Positions 12,695-21,345 of a stretch of 38,038 nt of DNA are shown here, in pieces. This stretch comes from a virus. Where the stretch lies: the IMG/VR virus record IMGVR_UViG_3300047678_000357, positions 1 to 38,038 of that record; one strand, given 5' to 3'. The notes under the pieces are model-generated. The model saw nothing but the letters and a program-made list of their open reading frames with translations. It was not told where the DNA came from and ran no database searches. Within the stretch, counting starts at the first letter, position 1, and each line of letters opens with the position of its first letter. Made by a program: the position numbers and the translations under genes.

Positions 12695-14357
12695 GAAGTC
12701 CATCCACGCATGGCTGATAGACAACGAGATCAAGAATGAAAAAGGTGACCTCATCACTTTCGATGAGCACCTGTTCTTGTATGACATCTATCGGGACCAG
12801 AGCCCCAAGCTCGTAGTAATGAAGGCCGCGCAAGTCGGTCTTTCAACGTTGGAGGTACTCAAGAATATCTATGATGCCAAGCACCACAAAATGGACATCA
12901 TCTATACCCTGCCGACCAACGATGACGTGCGAACATTCGTGTCAGGAAAGGTGAACCGTATCATCTCAAACAACCCAGTCCTGCAAGGCTATACGGCCGA
13001 CCAAGACTCAATCGAGCAGAAGATGATAGGAGGGCAATCAATGCTCTACTTCCGAGGTACATGGGACAAACGTAAAGCGACAATGGTCACTGCCGACCGC
13101 CTCGTGCACGATGAGAAGGACTCAAGCAAGCAAGACGTCATTGCTGACTATCAAGCGCGTATGCAACACTCGAAGTTCGGACAGACACACGTGTTCAGTC
13201 ACCCGAGTGTGGCAAAGAAAGGCGTACACCAAGAATGGCTACAGTCAGATCAACGAGAGTTCTTCATCACCTGCCCACACTGCAAGAAGATGCAGTACCT
13301 CGAATGGAACCTCGAAGACGACAGACGAATGAGTGTTGATATCGAGCGCAAAGAGTTCATTTGCAAAGCATGCAAGGGAATACTCTCTGCAACTGACCGA
13401 TCAATCGGTGAGTGGATACCAAAGAAGTTCGTAGTCCAACCAGAGTGGCGCGGATACCACGTATCCCTACTCATGGCTCCATACCAAACAGCTTCACAAA
13501 TAGTCAAGAAATATCAGGAAGTGCTGGACGGAGAGCAGACAATGGACTTCTTCTATAACAAAATCCTCGGGCTACCATACGCAGGAGGTGGCAACGTCGT
13601 GACTGAAGATATGATACTCGGTGCAGTCACAGGCGAGATGAATAATCACAAAGGACGAATGGTCATCGGAGTGGACACAGGTATCGCACTGCGATATGTC
13701 ATCGGCAACAAGGAGGGACTCATGGGCTTCGGAGAAATGAAAGACTACAGCCCGGACGCTACCAATAAGCTCCTCCTCAACCAGACACTCGAATACTTCC
13801 TCGTGAAGTTCCCCAACTCAATCATGGTTATTGACCAAGGTGGAGATATCATCGGATCACGAAAGCTCAGGCAGAAATACCCGGGCAGAGTGTTCCTCTG
13901 TCACTACGCCGCCGACCGCAAGACAATGCAACTCATCCGCTGGGGTGAGAAGGATGAATCAGGCAATGTGCTGGTGGACCGAAACCGCATGATGCAACTC
14001 GTCATAGATGAGGTCAAAGATAGGCGCTGGAAGCTCTTTAATGGCACGAAAGGCGAGTGGCACGACTACTGGCTCCACTGGTCGCACATCTATCGCGTGT
14101 GGGTCGAGGATATGCTCGGAATACCACGATACAAGTGGCTTCGAGATGGGCGTGATGACTGGGTGCATGCAACAATCTACTGGCGAGTCGGAGTCGACCG
14201 ATTCGGGACTGGTGGAGCTGTGTTCGGCGCAGAGAGCGAGGCAGAACCAAACAGCTACATGATGAATGCCAATGGAACGGTGACATTTAACCCCGAGGAA
14301 CTCTTCAAGCTCACTGAAGGGCTCGGACAAACAGACGATGATGACGAATGGAGATAA
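12678..14357 (+). CDS. terL: Terminase large subunit (GpA-like)
   Basis: Walker-A-like VMKAAQVGLST. Walker-B-like RLVHDEKD. Zinc-ribbon-like CPHCKKMQYLEW...FICKACKG insert characteristic of GpA-type terminases. Start set at ATG 12678 (the track starts at TTG 12675). Confidence 0.75.
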   Translation: MSKLAEKSIHAWLIDNEIKNEKGDLITFDEHLFLYDIYRDQSPKLVVMKAAQVGLSTLEVLKNIYDAKHHKMDIIYTLPTNDDVRTFVSGKVNRIISNNPVLQGYTADQDSIEQKMIGGQSMLYFRGTWDKRKATMVTADRLVHDEKDSSKQDVIADYQARMQHSKFGQTHVFSHPSVAKKGVHQEWLQSDQREFFITCPHCKKMQYLEWNLEDDRRMSVDIERKEFICKACKGILSATDRSIGEWIPKKFVVQPEWRGYHVSLLMAPYQTASQIVKKYQEVLDGEQTMDFFYNKILGLPYAGGGNVVTEDMILGAVTGEMNNHKGRMVIGVDTGIALRYVIGNKEGLMGFGEMKDYSPDATNKLLLNQTLEYFLVKFPNSIMVIDQGGDIIGSRKLRQKYPGRVFLCHYAADRKTMQLIRWGEKDESGNVLVDRNRMMQLVIDEVKDRRWKLFNGTKGEWHDYWLHWSHIYRVWVEDMLGIPRYKWLRDGRDDWVHATIYWRVGVDRFGTGGAVFGAESEAEPNSYMMNANGTVTFNPEELFKLTEGLGQTDDDDEWR

Positions 14358-14589
14358 AAAAATAATCCCGGGAGAAGTCATGCAAATACCGCTCGATGAG
14401 TGGGTTCTTGACATACTCGCAAAGCAAAAGGAAATGCTCCGTGCAATGAATAATGGTAATGTATTCGACTGCCAACATGGAAAGATCACAATCAACATGC
14501 ATGAGGGGCATGTACAAACAATAATGGTTGAGAATAGGACTTATCAACACGTATCTTCTAGTAGTAAACTTCCAAGAGTGTTACCCTAA
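14338..14589 (+). CDS. Hypothetical protein (83 aa; start uncertain)
   Basis: Overlaps the terL end by 20 nt. An alternative ATG lies at 14380. No motif recognised. Confidence 0.4.
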   Translation: MMTNGDKKIIPGEVMQIPLDEWVLDILAKQKEMLRAMNNGNVFDCQHGKITINMHEGHVQTIMVENRTYQHVSSSSKLPRVLP

Positions 14590-14604
14590 AATAGGAGGAA
14601 AAAG

Positions 14605-14778
14605 ATGCAACACTACTGTCATGTGTGTCATCTCCACGTCTCACTGCACGACCCAGAGCGTGTGGTAATTGAAGTCTATGTCTACCACGGTAGCTGTCTC
14701 AAACGCAGAGAGCGAGAGACACAACAGCAACAAGCGGTGGTGCAGAACTTCCGCTTTACTCACAGTATGGTCTGTTAA
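14605..14778 (+). CDS. Small CxxC protein (57 aa) with the only canonical Shine-Dalgarno site I found in the genome
   Basis: AGGAGG at 14593..14598, 6 nt before ATG 14605. Hand translation MQHYCHVCHLHVSLHDPERVVIEVYVYHGSCLKRRERETQQQQAVVQNFRFTHSMVC. Below the track cutoff. Confidence 0.5.
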   Translation: MQHYCHVCHLHVSLHDPERVVIEVYVYHGSCLKRRERETQQQQAVVQNFRFTHSMVC

Positions 14779-14818
14779 GGGAGGTGTATAAGACGCATAG
14801 ACAAGAGGAAGTGCTAAG

Positions 14819-14841
14819 GGGGAGACATCTCCCCTTTTATT
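14819..14841 (+). terminator. Rho-independent terminator
   Basis: GGGGAG-ACAT-CTCCCC stem-loop at 14819..14834 followed by TTTTATT. Confidence 0.75.
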
Positions 14842-14887
14842 GTCCACAGTTGACATACTTGTACCACTCATGTAGCAGTGTTACACT
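14840..14887 (+). promoter_or_regulatory. Structural-gene promoter with TTGTCCACA box
   Basis: Box at 14840..14848, overlapping the terminator T-tract. TTGACA at 14850..14855 and TTGTAC at 14859..14864. TG-n-TACACT with the hexamer at 14882..14887 (17-nt spacer from TTGTAC; box distance 42). Confidence 0.55.
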
Positions 14888-15020
14888 AGATATGCGAAGG
14901 AAGCTAACCATTCGCAGTTCTCACATTTTCATACTAGCACGACCCTACCGGCTTACCCGGCGGCCGCCACGAAATCCACGTGACGGCCATTTTCGTACAA
15001 AAACTTAACCAATCAAAACC

Positions 15021-17069
15021 ATGTCTGTAAAATCATTCCTAGTAGATGCCTTCTATTCACTCTCAGCCAACGTCAACAAACGCCGTGGTGATTCTCCTGC
15101 CGCAGAAACTGCTGAAGGTGTCATCGGTGCACGATTGCCAGAGCTTGAGCTAGACCTCGATGATCAGAAACTGGTAGACCTCTCAAATACATGGGAGCGC
15201 AACTGGAATGACTCAGACGTCAAATCAAAATGGGAAGCGATGGGCGATGAAAACGAGCGCTACTGGGTAGGTGACCACTACAACCGACCAGAACTCGACA
15301 AATCTCGTGCTATCAAAGATAACGCCATATTCGAAGGACTCGAAACCTACCTCCCACAAGTAACACGCCGAAACCCAGAGGCTATGGTCTCTTTGGCATC
15401 AGGTATAGAGCAAACACAGCCAAATCAGGACTACGCACACGCACTCCAGCTCGAACTCGGGGAACTTGCGGATACACTGAAACTACGCCTCAAACTCAAA
15501 GGTGCTGCACGACACTGGTCAATCCGAGGAGTCGGAGCACTCAAGTTCGGATGGGACTTGGACAATGACACACCAGCAATCAAGAACATTCGACCTCCAA
15601 AGCTGATTCTTGACCCAGAGGCAACGACTGACGAAGACGGATACACAGGCGAGCGAATCGGTGAACACCGAAAGCTACCAGCGTGGAAAATCGTGGCTCT
15701 CATAGAAAAAGACCCAAAGTCAAAGGACAGTGTTGACTACATCACAAACGAACTCGCTCATGGAGACATGGCGACTGAAATCGGCTTCATCGAATGGTGG
15801 ACTGCTGACTATATGTTCTGGAAACTCAACAGTAAGGTGCTTCTCAAGCGCAAGAACCCACACTGGAACTACGATGTAGAGGCTCCTGTAGCCCCACAGC
15901 AAGAGAACCAGCTACCACAAGCAGAAACACCTGCCCAAGCACCAGAAGCAACGCCAGAGCTCCCACAGGGTGCACCAGCACTGCCACAGCTCACTCCTGA
16001 ACAGCAAGCACCACAGCCAGCTCAAAATACGAAAGGTATAAACCACTTCAAGACTCGCAAGATGCCATACTTGATCCTTTCAGTGTTCAATCTTGGCAAA
16101 CAGCCAGTCGATGTCACAACAAACATCAGCCAGAACCTCTCAAACCAAGACCTGATCAACAAGCGCATCAAGCAGATCGATAAGAACGCCGACACAGCAA
16201 ACAACGGAATGGTCGTGTCTCTTGAGCGTGCCGGACTCACAAAAGACCAAGCGTCAGGTGTAACAAAAGCACTCCGAAACGGAGGTGTAGTCGCAATCCC
16301 TACTGGTGCACCACAGGAAGCGATATACAAGCCACCAATGTCAGAGCTTCCACAGTACGTCTACAACCAACTTGTTGATACACGCAACCGCGTGCGCGAT
16401 ATCTGGGGTACTCGAGGCTCAAGTCCAGCAGGTACAACCGCAGAAAAAACAGTACGAGGCAAGATTATCAGCCAAGGACAAGATACTGACCGAATCGGAG
16501 GTGGAATTAGTGAATACCTCGAGCAACTCGGTGATGATGCCTACAATTGGATCGTACAGCTTCTCTATGTGTACGATGACCGCTTCGTAGAGCAATGGGC
16601 AAACGGACTCGTACCTCCAAAGGTGAAAGTGTCAGTCAAAGAAGGTTCACTCCTTCCAAAGGACTCAACCACAATCGCTAACCAAGCAATCTCACTCGCA
16701 GAGGCAGGAAAAATGGCGATGATAGACATGTACAAGCGCCTCGACTATCCGAATCCAGAGGAACTCGCGGCAAACGTATGGCTCGAAGTCAACGCACCAG
16801 ATGTCCTCTTCGCAAATGACCCTCGCATCAAGCAAGTTATGGAGATGAAGGCACAGCAAGCTCAAGCGGCCGCAGGTGGCGAGAAAAAGGCACCGAGTGA
16901 GTCAATCTCATTCAAAGACCTTCCACCAGAAGGCAAGGCACAGATGGCAAAGCAGGCAGGTATTGACCTCCACCCGGAGGCAATAGCGGCTCACGATGAG
17001 CATAGCAAGCCAGCTCAGCCAGTGATACCCGGACAAGAAAACCCTATTATTAACCCACCACAACCATGA
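15021..17069 (+). CDS. Portal protein (with a Pro/Gln/Ala-rich insertion)
   Basis: At 682 aa this is the first large ORF after the terminase and is followed by scaffold and capsid genes. The call rests on size and synteny, with no motif match. Confidence 0.55.
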   Translation: MSVKSFLVDAFYSLSANVNKRRGDSPAAETAEGVIGARLPELELDLDDQKLVDLSNTWERNWNDSDVKSKWEAMGDENERYWVGDHYNRPELDKSRAIKDNAIFEGLETYLPQVTRRNPEAMVSLASGIEQTQPNQDYAHALQLELGELADTLKLRLKLKGAARHWSIRGVGALKFGWDLDNDTPAIKNIRPPKLILDPEATTDEDGYTGERIGEHRKLPAWKIVALIEKDPKSKDSVDYITNELAHGDMATEIGFIEWWTADYMFWKLNSKVLLKRKNPHWNYDVEAPVAPQQENQLPQAETPAQAPEATPELPQGAPALPQLTPEQQAPQPAQNTKGINHFKTRKMPYLILSVFNLGKQPVDVTTNISQNLSNQDLINKRIKQIDKNADTANNGMVVSLERAGLTKDQASGVTKALRNGGVVAIPTGAPQEAIYKPPMSELPQYVYNQLVDTRNRVRDIWGTRGSSPAGTTAEKTVRGKIISQGQDTDRIGGGISEYLEQLGDDAYNWIVQLLYVYDDRFVEQWANGLVPPKVKVSVKEGSLLPKDSTTIANQAISLAEAGKMAMIDMYKRLDYPNPEELAANVWLEVNAPDVLFANDPRIKQVMEMKAQQAQAAAGGEKKAPSESISFKDLPPEGKAQMAKQAGIDLHPEAIAAHDEHSKPAQPVIPGQENPIINPPQP

Positions 17070-17350
17070 GAAAAATAAAACCAAAAGTAGAAAAGTACAG
17101 TTCGGGACCAATGGTCAAGGACACAAAGTCCAAACCGATATACCCTACTTTCCGAATGGACTTGGAGTTCCTGCCAGAAGCCAAGGACTGGAAGGTCGGA
17201 CAAAGCTATGAGATCACCATGAATGTAAAAATGATTGGTCTCTCACAGAGTCGGTACGACAACAGTGCAGAGTTTGAAATCAGAGAAGTTGAGACTGCCG
17301 ATGCCGAGGAGTCTGAAGACGAAGGTGATAGTGAAGAAGTGGAAAAATAA
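17066..17350 (+). CDS. Hypothetical protein with an acidic C-terminal tail (94 aa)
   Basis: ATGA overlap with the portal stop. C-terminus ETADAEESEDEGDSEEVEK. Confidence 0.5.
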   Translation: MRKIKPKVEKYSSGPMVKDTKSKPIYPTFRMDLEFLPEAKDWKVGQSYEITMNVKMIGLSQSRYDNSAEFEIREVETADAEESEDEGDSEEVEK

Positions 17351-17364
17351 ACATTACAAGTAAC

Positions 17365-17400
17365 TTATCCACAGCATGTCTCGTTCTGGGCATGTACAAA
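17365..17400 (+). promoter_or_regulatory. Candidate late promoter with a perfect TTATCCACA box
   Basis: Box at 17365..17373. TG-TACAAA at 17393..17400 (distance 30). The -10 is weak. Confidence 0.4.
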
Positions 17401-17424
17401 ATAAATCAGATCGCATAAAATACA

Positions 17425-18216
17425 ATGGAAGAAAACAACTTTGCAGCAGGCTTTCAGAGAGAAGGTGAAATAACTTTCCCTACCGAAACCAACAGCGATG
17501 AAACCGCTGCCGACTCGCAATCGGAGAAAGGAACAGAAACGGACACCCAATCATCTGAGGGGGATAATACTCAGACAGAAGAAGACAAGCTACCGTTTCA
17601 TAAGAATCCTCGATGGACTCAACGCGAAACTGAGTGGAACCAACGGTTCAACGATCAGGAAAAGCGACATCAGGATGATCTCAAATCAATAAGGGAGGAG
17701 TTCAAAGAAGCCCGAAAGGACAACGCTGAACAAACTAAAATCCCTTCTTGGTTCGGTGGGACACAAGAGCAATGGGATGCATATCGTGCAGACCGTGACG
17801 CTGAACTTATCGCAGCCGAGGACCGCGCTGAAAAGCGAGCAATCGACAAGATTAAGAACGAGCGTGGAAGCGAAGACAAAGCAGTGAAAGATGCAACAGA
17901 ATACCTCCATTCGGAAGTAGATGCCATCCAAGCTGACAAAGTCCTCAACCCAACAGGCGCCAAAATTGACGCAGAGAAGCTCTTGAAAATCGTGTTAGAT
18001 AATCAACTTATCGACACGAAAGGCAGATGGAACTACCGAGCAGGATTCAAAATCATGAACGGTACGCAAGCAACTGCTCCAGCTCCAAAGCCAAAAACCG
18101 AGGAGAAGAAAGCAATCGCAGACGCCTCTACTTCCAACAAGGGTGCAGCAGGTGGAAACGACAGCAAGCCATCCATTGCCACATCACAGTCATTCAAAAA
18201 CAATCGACCGTGGTAA
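17425..18216 (+). CDS. Putative scaffolding protein
   Basis: 263 aa, highly charged (E/K/D/R-rich helical segments) with an acidic N-terminus. Lies between the portal and the major capsid gene. Confidence 0.5.
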   Translation: MEENNFAAGFQREGEITFPTETNSDETAADSQSEKGTETDTQSSEGDNTQTEEDKLPFHKNPRWTQRETEWNQRFNDQEKRHQDDLKSIREEFKEARKDNAEQTKIPSWFGGTQEQWDAYRADRDAELIAAEDRAEKRAIDKIKNERGSEDKAVKDATEYLHSEVDAIQADKVLNPTGAKIDAEKLLKIVLDNQLIDTKGRWNYRAGFKIMNGTQATAPAPKPKTEEKKAIADASTSNKGAAGGNDSKPSIATSQSFKNNRPW

Positions 18217-18244
18217 AACTATTATTCACTAGCATTATAAAATC

Positions 18245-19261
18245 ATGACAGAATTATACGGACAACGAGTCCAGACAACAGTTCAGACAAAGTACCTTCC
18301 TTTCGTGGTTGATACTATCTTGAACTCAAACGTTCTCTTCCAGAGAATGGTTCGTGGGTCAAAGAAATGGGGTGGTCGAACACTCCGCGTACCAGTTAAA
18401 GTGTCAAAGAACACTACTGGTACTTCGTTCGCAGGTTTCGATACATTTTCAACCGCAGCAACAAACAACCGACAGTTCATGGAGTTCACTCCATCGTTCT
18501 ATCAGATCACTTGTGCGCTACCGGGTGACGAATTGTCAGTAGCCGACAGTGAGGACAAAGTACTTGACCTCATGAAACTTACTATTCAATCAGATACTGA
18601 AGACATGGCCGATGACCTCGGAACAATCTTCTACGCTGACGGAACTGGTAACGCTAACAAAGACCCATTGGGACTTTCAGCACTTGTTGACGATGGAACA
18701 TCAGTATCAACTATTGGTGGTCTTTCTCGATCAATTTACACTACTCTTAAGTCAACAGTTACCGCACAGGCAACATTGACTCTTGCAGCAGTGGACACAT
18801 TGTGGATCAACGTTACTTCAGGTGCGCAGAAGCCAACAGCTATCTACACAACTGAGGCAATCTACAATTACTACGGACAACTACTTCGACCACAGGAACG
18901 CATCACAAAGGATGTGGGCTTGATGAAAGGCATGACAGGTGGAACAGGCTTCACAGCTTTGAACTACAATGGCAAGCCAATCTTGATGGACGAGAAGTGT
19001 ACTGCACAGACATTCCAAATGATCAACGAAGACTATATGGACTTCTACGCACTTCCATACAAGTTCGCAAAGCCAGTGGCTTACAAGTCACAAATTGAGG
19101 GTAACGATTACGATGCCCCAATCGGTCTTGGTTTCTCTTGGTCTGACTGGATTATCCCTGCTAACTCTGCGTCAGTTGTTGGACACATCTACTTCGGTGG
19201 ACAGTTCATCACAACTAACCCAAAGCGACACGGAAAATTGACTACAGTCGCAGGTATCTAA
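18245..19261 (+). CDS. Major capsid protein
   Basis: 338 aa, immediately after the scaffold gene. A beta-rich sequence with no low-complexity regions. Size and position fit an HK97-fold/P22-type coat protein. Confidence 0.6.
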   Translation: MTELYGQRVQTTVQTKYLPFVVDTILNSNVLFQRMVRGSKKWGGRTLRVPVKVSKNTTGTSFAGFDTFSTAATNNRQFMEFTPSFYQITCALPGDELSVADSEDKVLDLMKLTIQSDTEDMADDLGTIFYADGTGNANKDPLGLSALVDDGTSVSTIGGLSRSIYTTLKSTVTAQATLTLAAVDTLWINVTSGAQKPTAIYTTEAIYNYYGQLLRPQERITKDVGLMKGMTGGTGFTALNYNGKPILMDEKCTAQTFQMINEDYMDFYALPYKFAKPVAYKSQIEGNDYDAPIGLGFSWSDWIIPANSASVVGHIYFGGQFITTNPKRHGKLTTVAGI

Positions 19262-19273
19262 GCCGTGGTGTTA

Positions 19274-19289
19274 AAACATTATTAACTTA
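19274..19289 (+). promoter_or_regulatory. Conserved leader 16-mer AAACATTATTAACTTA (copy 1)
   Basis: Identical 16-mer at 30342..30357. It ends 13 nt before ATG 19303 and contains TTAACTTA. Confidence 0.5.
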
Positions 19290-19302
19290 ATCTAAAATCA
19301 CC

Positions 19303-19695
19303 ATGACTAGATATCAAGCAGATTACGATCCAGCAATGGACGGTGCGACAAAGATTGGATACACCAAGGGTGGTTCAACTGTCACACAGATCACTTCACG
19401 TGCAACTGGTGTAACGATCAACAAACTCTGTGGTTCAATCACTACAGATACAACATCGCTCGCAGCAGAAGCATCAGCAGTATTTGTGGTCACAAACAGC
19501 TTCGTAGAAATTGGTGACGTAGTGGTTCTAGCAGTTCGTTCTGGACAGGTAGCACTCAACACTCAGTGTTCAGTGACAGCAGTCGCAGCCGGATCGTTCA
19601 GTATCACAGTCGTCAACAACAACGTAGCGGCGGGTACAGCAGAAACTGGAGCGTTGATAATCAACTTCGCAGTCATCAAAGCTGTCACAGCTTAG
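19303..19695 (+). CDS. Virion-associated beta-rich protein (130 aa), possible decoration protein
   Basis: Directly downstream of the capsid gene, with the conserved leader. Ala/Thr/Val-rich beta pattern. Confidence 0.4.
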   Translation: MTRYQADYDPAMDGATKIGYTKGGSTVTQITSRATGVTINKLCGSITTDTTSLAAEASAVFVVTNSFVEIGDVVVLAVRSGQVALNTQCSVTAVAAGSFSITVVNNNVAAGTAETGALIINFAVIKAVTA

Positions 19696-19725
19696 TAGTA
19701 ATTATTCAATAACACTTTAATCATC

Positions 19726-20466
19726 ATGACAAACGCAACTCAACTCACAGGATTTCCTACAATCGTTGGACAAGGTATTTTCGAGGAATCGACTACACCT
19801 TTGCACGTAGTAGGTTCCTATGTAGAAACAGCTGAAGGTCGTGGCTTCCGATACGCAAAGATCGGCGCAGTCGCAACCGTAGCTGGTAAGGTGTACCAAG
19901 GCGTGGCTCTCGATGCAACGAACCTCCAGCCATCTGGCGGTCTCGGTGTATCAGCAGCACAGGCTATTGGAGACACATCAGTAACAATCTCTACTTCAAC
20001 TACAGTCGCAGCGAACCTTCTCGCAGGTGGATATCTTTCAGTAGATGTCACTCCGGGACAAGGTTACCTTTACAAAATCCGAAGTAACACAGTAACAGCT
20101 GGTGCTACTGGACTTGTAATCACACTCGACGATCCACTTATCGTGGCTCTTACGACATCTTCAAAGGTGATCGTAGCTCAGCACCCTTATAACGGTGTTG
20201 TGATCGAACCGGGTACACCAACCGCAGCAATCGCAGGAGTAGCACATCGTGTTACGACAGCAGGTTCATACGGATGGCTTCAGACTCGTGGAGCGGCTTC
20301 AGTGCTCTTCACAGGTACAGGTGTAGCAGGTAAGGCCGTAGGTTCCCTCTCAGGAGGTACTTCTGGTTCTACAGCTCCATGTATCGCGGCAACCAACATC
20401 ATTGGTTACCACATGGCGACAGGTATCACAGGCGAATACGCTTTGATATTCTTGACCCTTGGTTAG
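19726..20466 (+). CDS. Virion structural protein (246 aa)
   Basis: Gly/Ala/Thr/Val-rich beta protein in the head-gene cluster. No specific motif. Confidence 0.45.
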   Translation: MTNATQLTGFPTIVGQGIFEESTTPLHVVGSYVETAEGRGFRYAKIGAVATVAGKVYQGVALDATNLQPSGGLGVSAAQAIGDTSVTISTSTTVAANLLAGGYLSVDVTPGQGYLYKIRSNTVTAGATGLVITLDDPLIVALTTSSKVIVAQHPYNGVVIEPGTPTAAIAGVAHRVTTAGSYGWLQTRGAASVLFTGTGVAGKAVGSLSGGTSGSTAPCIAATNIIGYHMATGITGEYALIFLTLG

Positions 20467-20473
20467 ACCCTTG

Positions 20474-20522
20474 TGGGCTCACTCTGGTACCGACATCAAT
20501 GTCGCTACCAGCGATGAGCTCA
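20474..20522 (+). other. Long imperfect hairpin without a T-tract (attenuator or RNA-processing candidate)
   Basis: TGGGCTCA 20474..20481 pairs with TGAGCTCA 20515..20522 (one G:U). The inner part is CTGGTA-c-CGACA-tcaa-TGTCG-c-TACCAG at 20484..20511. Confidence 0.45.
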
Positions 20523-20550
20523 TAACTTTATCAACTCATAATTCATTATC

Positions 20551-20835
20551 ATGGAAAAACTATGTAACGAAGGACACGTAATCGACAACGGTCGCGAGAC
20601 ATGCTCACGATGCGGTGGCCGAGCGGTCAACGAAGTTAAGACAGAACCTGAGGTACTCTTCGATGGCGAAAGCTCATCAGAAGTTGAAAAAAAAAGCGAA
20701 GAAGTTTCTTTGGAAACTTCAGAGATTTCTTCAGAAAATATTCCAGTAGAAACTGAGCCAGTCGCTCCAACAGAGCCATCTGAACCAGTAGAAACTGAAG
20801 TACCAGCAGAAGTCACCCCAGAGGCGACAATCTAG
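20551..20835 (+). CDS. Zn-ribbon protein with an acidic Pro/Glu-rich tail (94 aa)
   Basis: CNEGHVIDNGRETCSRCGG gives a Cys4-like ribbon. Tail EPVAPTEPSEPVETEVPAEVTPEA. Confidence 0.5.
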   Translation: MEKLCNEGHVIDNGRETCSRCGGRAVNEVKTEPEVLFDGESSSEVEKKSEEVSLETSEISSENIPVETEPVAPTEPSEPVETEVPAEVTPEATI

Positions 20836-20893
20836 TTCACAAAGTAGTGCTATCAATAAGCCGACCTCACTACGCCGGCAACCAAATAAATCA

Positions 20894-21340
20894 ATGACAA
20901 ACGCAACATTCCACAACTTTAGCTCAACACCATTCACAGGATACTGGAACGGAAAGCCAAAGACATTTAAGCCCGGAGAGAAAGTATACATGCCAGCTTA
21001 TCTCGCAGAACATTTCGCAAAGCACCTGACAAATCGACATCTTATTGAAAACAAAATGGAGGTATATACCTCACCAAAAAACCCGGGACAAGTTCCTCAG
21101 TTCATGGATGTATTCAAGAAGGCATTCATCCCAGATGCACCAAATACTGGTAACGAAGTAGATGACGAGATCGCAAAGGCAAGCGAACCCTCAATGGATA
21201 TAGTGGTGGAAAAACCACAGCGAACAGATCAGGGACCAGCGGCCGCTCTTGCGGAACAAACTGGTCCGGGATCAGAACCTCAAATTATCAGTGTACCGGG
21301 GGACGATGATGAATCATTTGACCTACCGGCTAATCAATAA
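20894..21340 (+). CDS. Hypothetical protein (148 aa)
   Basis: + strand ORF in the structural region. No motif recognised. Confidence 0.55.
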   Translation: MTNATFHNFSSTPFTGYWNGKPKTFKPGEKVYMPAYLAEHFAKHLTNRHLIENKMEVYTSPKNPGQVPQFMDVFKKAFIPDAPNTGNEVDDEIAKASEPSMDIVVEKPQRTDQGPAAALAEQTGPGSEPQIISVPGDDDESFDLPANQ

Positions 21341-21345
21341 ACACC

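Noticed and set aside
14784-15008. + strand ORF of 74 aa in the terminase-portal gap, plus other short alternative-frame + strand ORFs (126..404, 8459..8656, 16306..16590, 28132..28503, 26532..26720 and others).
   Set aside because: 14784..15008 spans a terminator, a promoter and RNA hairpins, and has an Arg/Pro/His-rich shadow composition. The others are embedded out of frame in stronger genes and show no motifs. The exception, 3832..4521, is reported as a finding.
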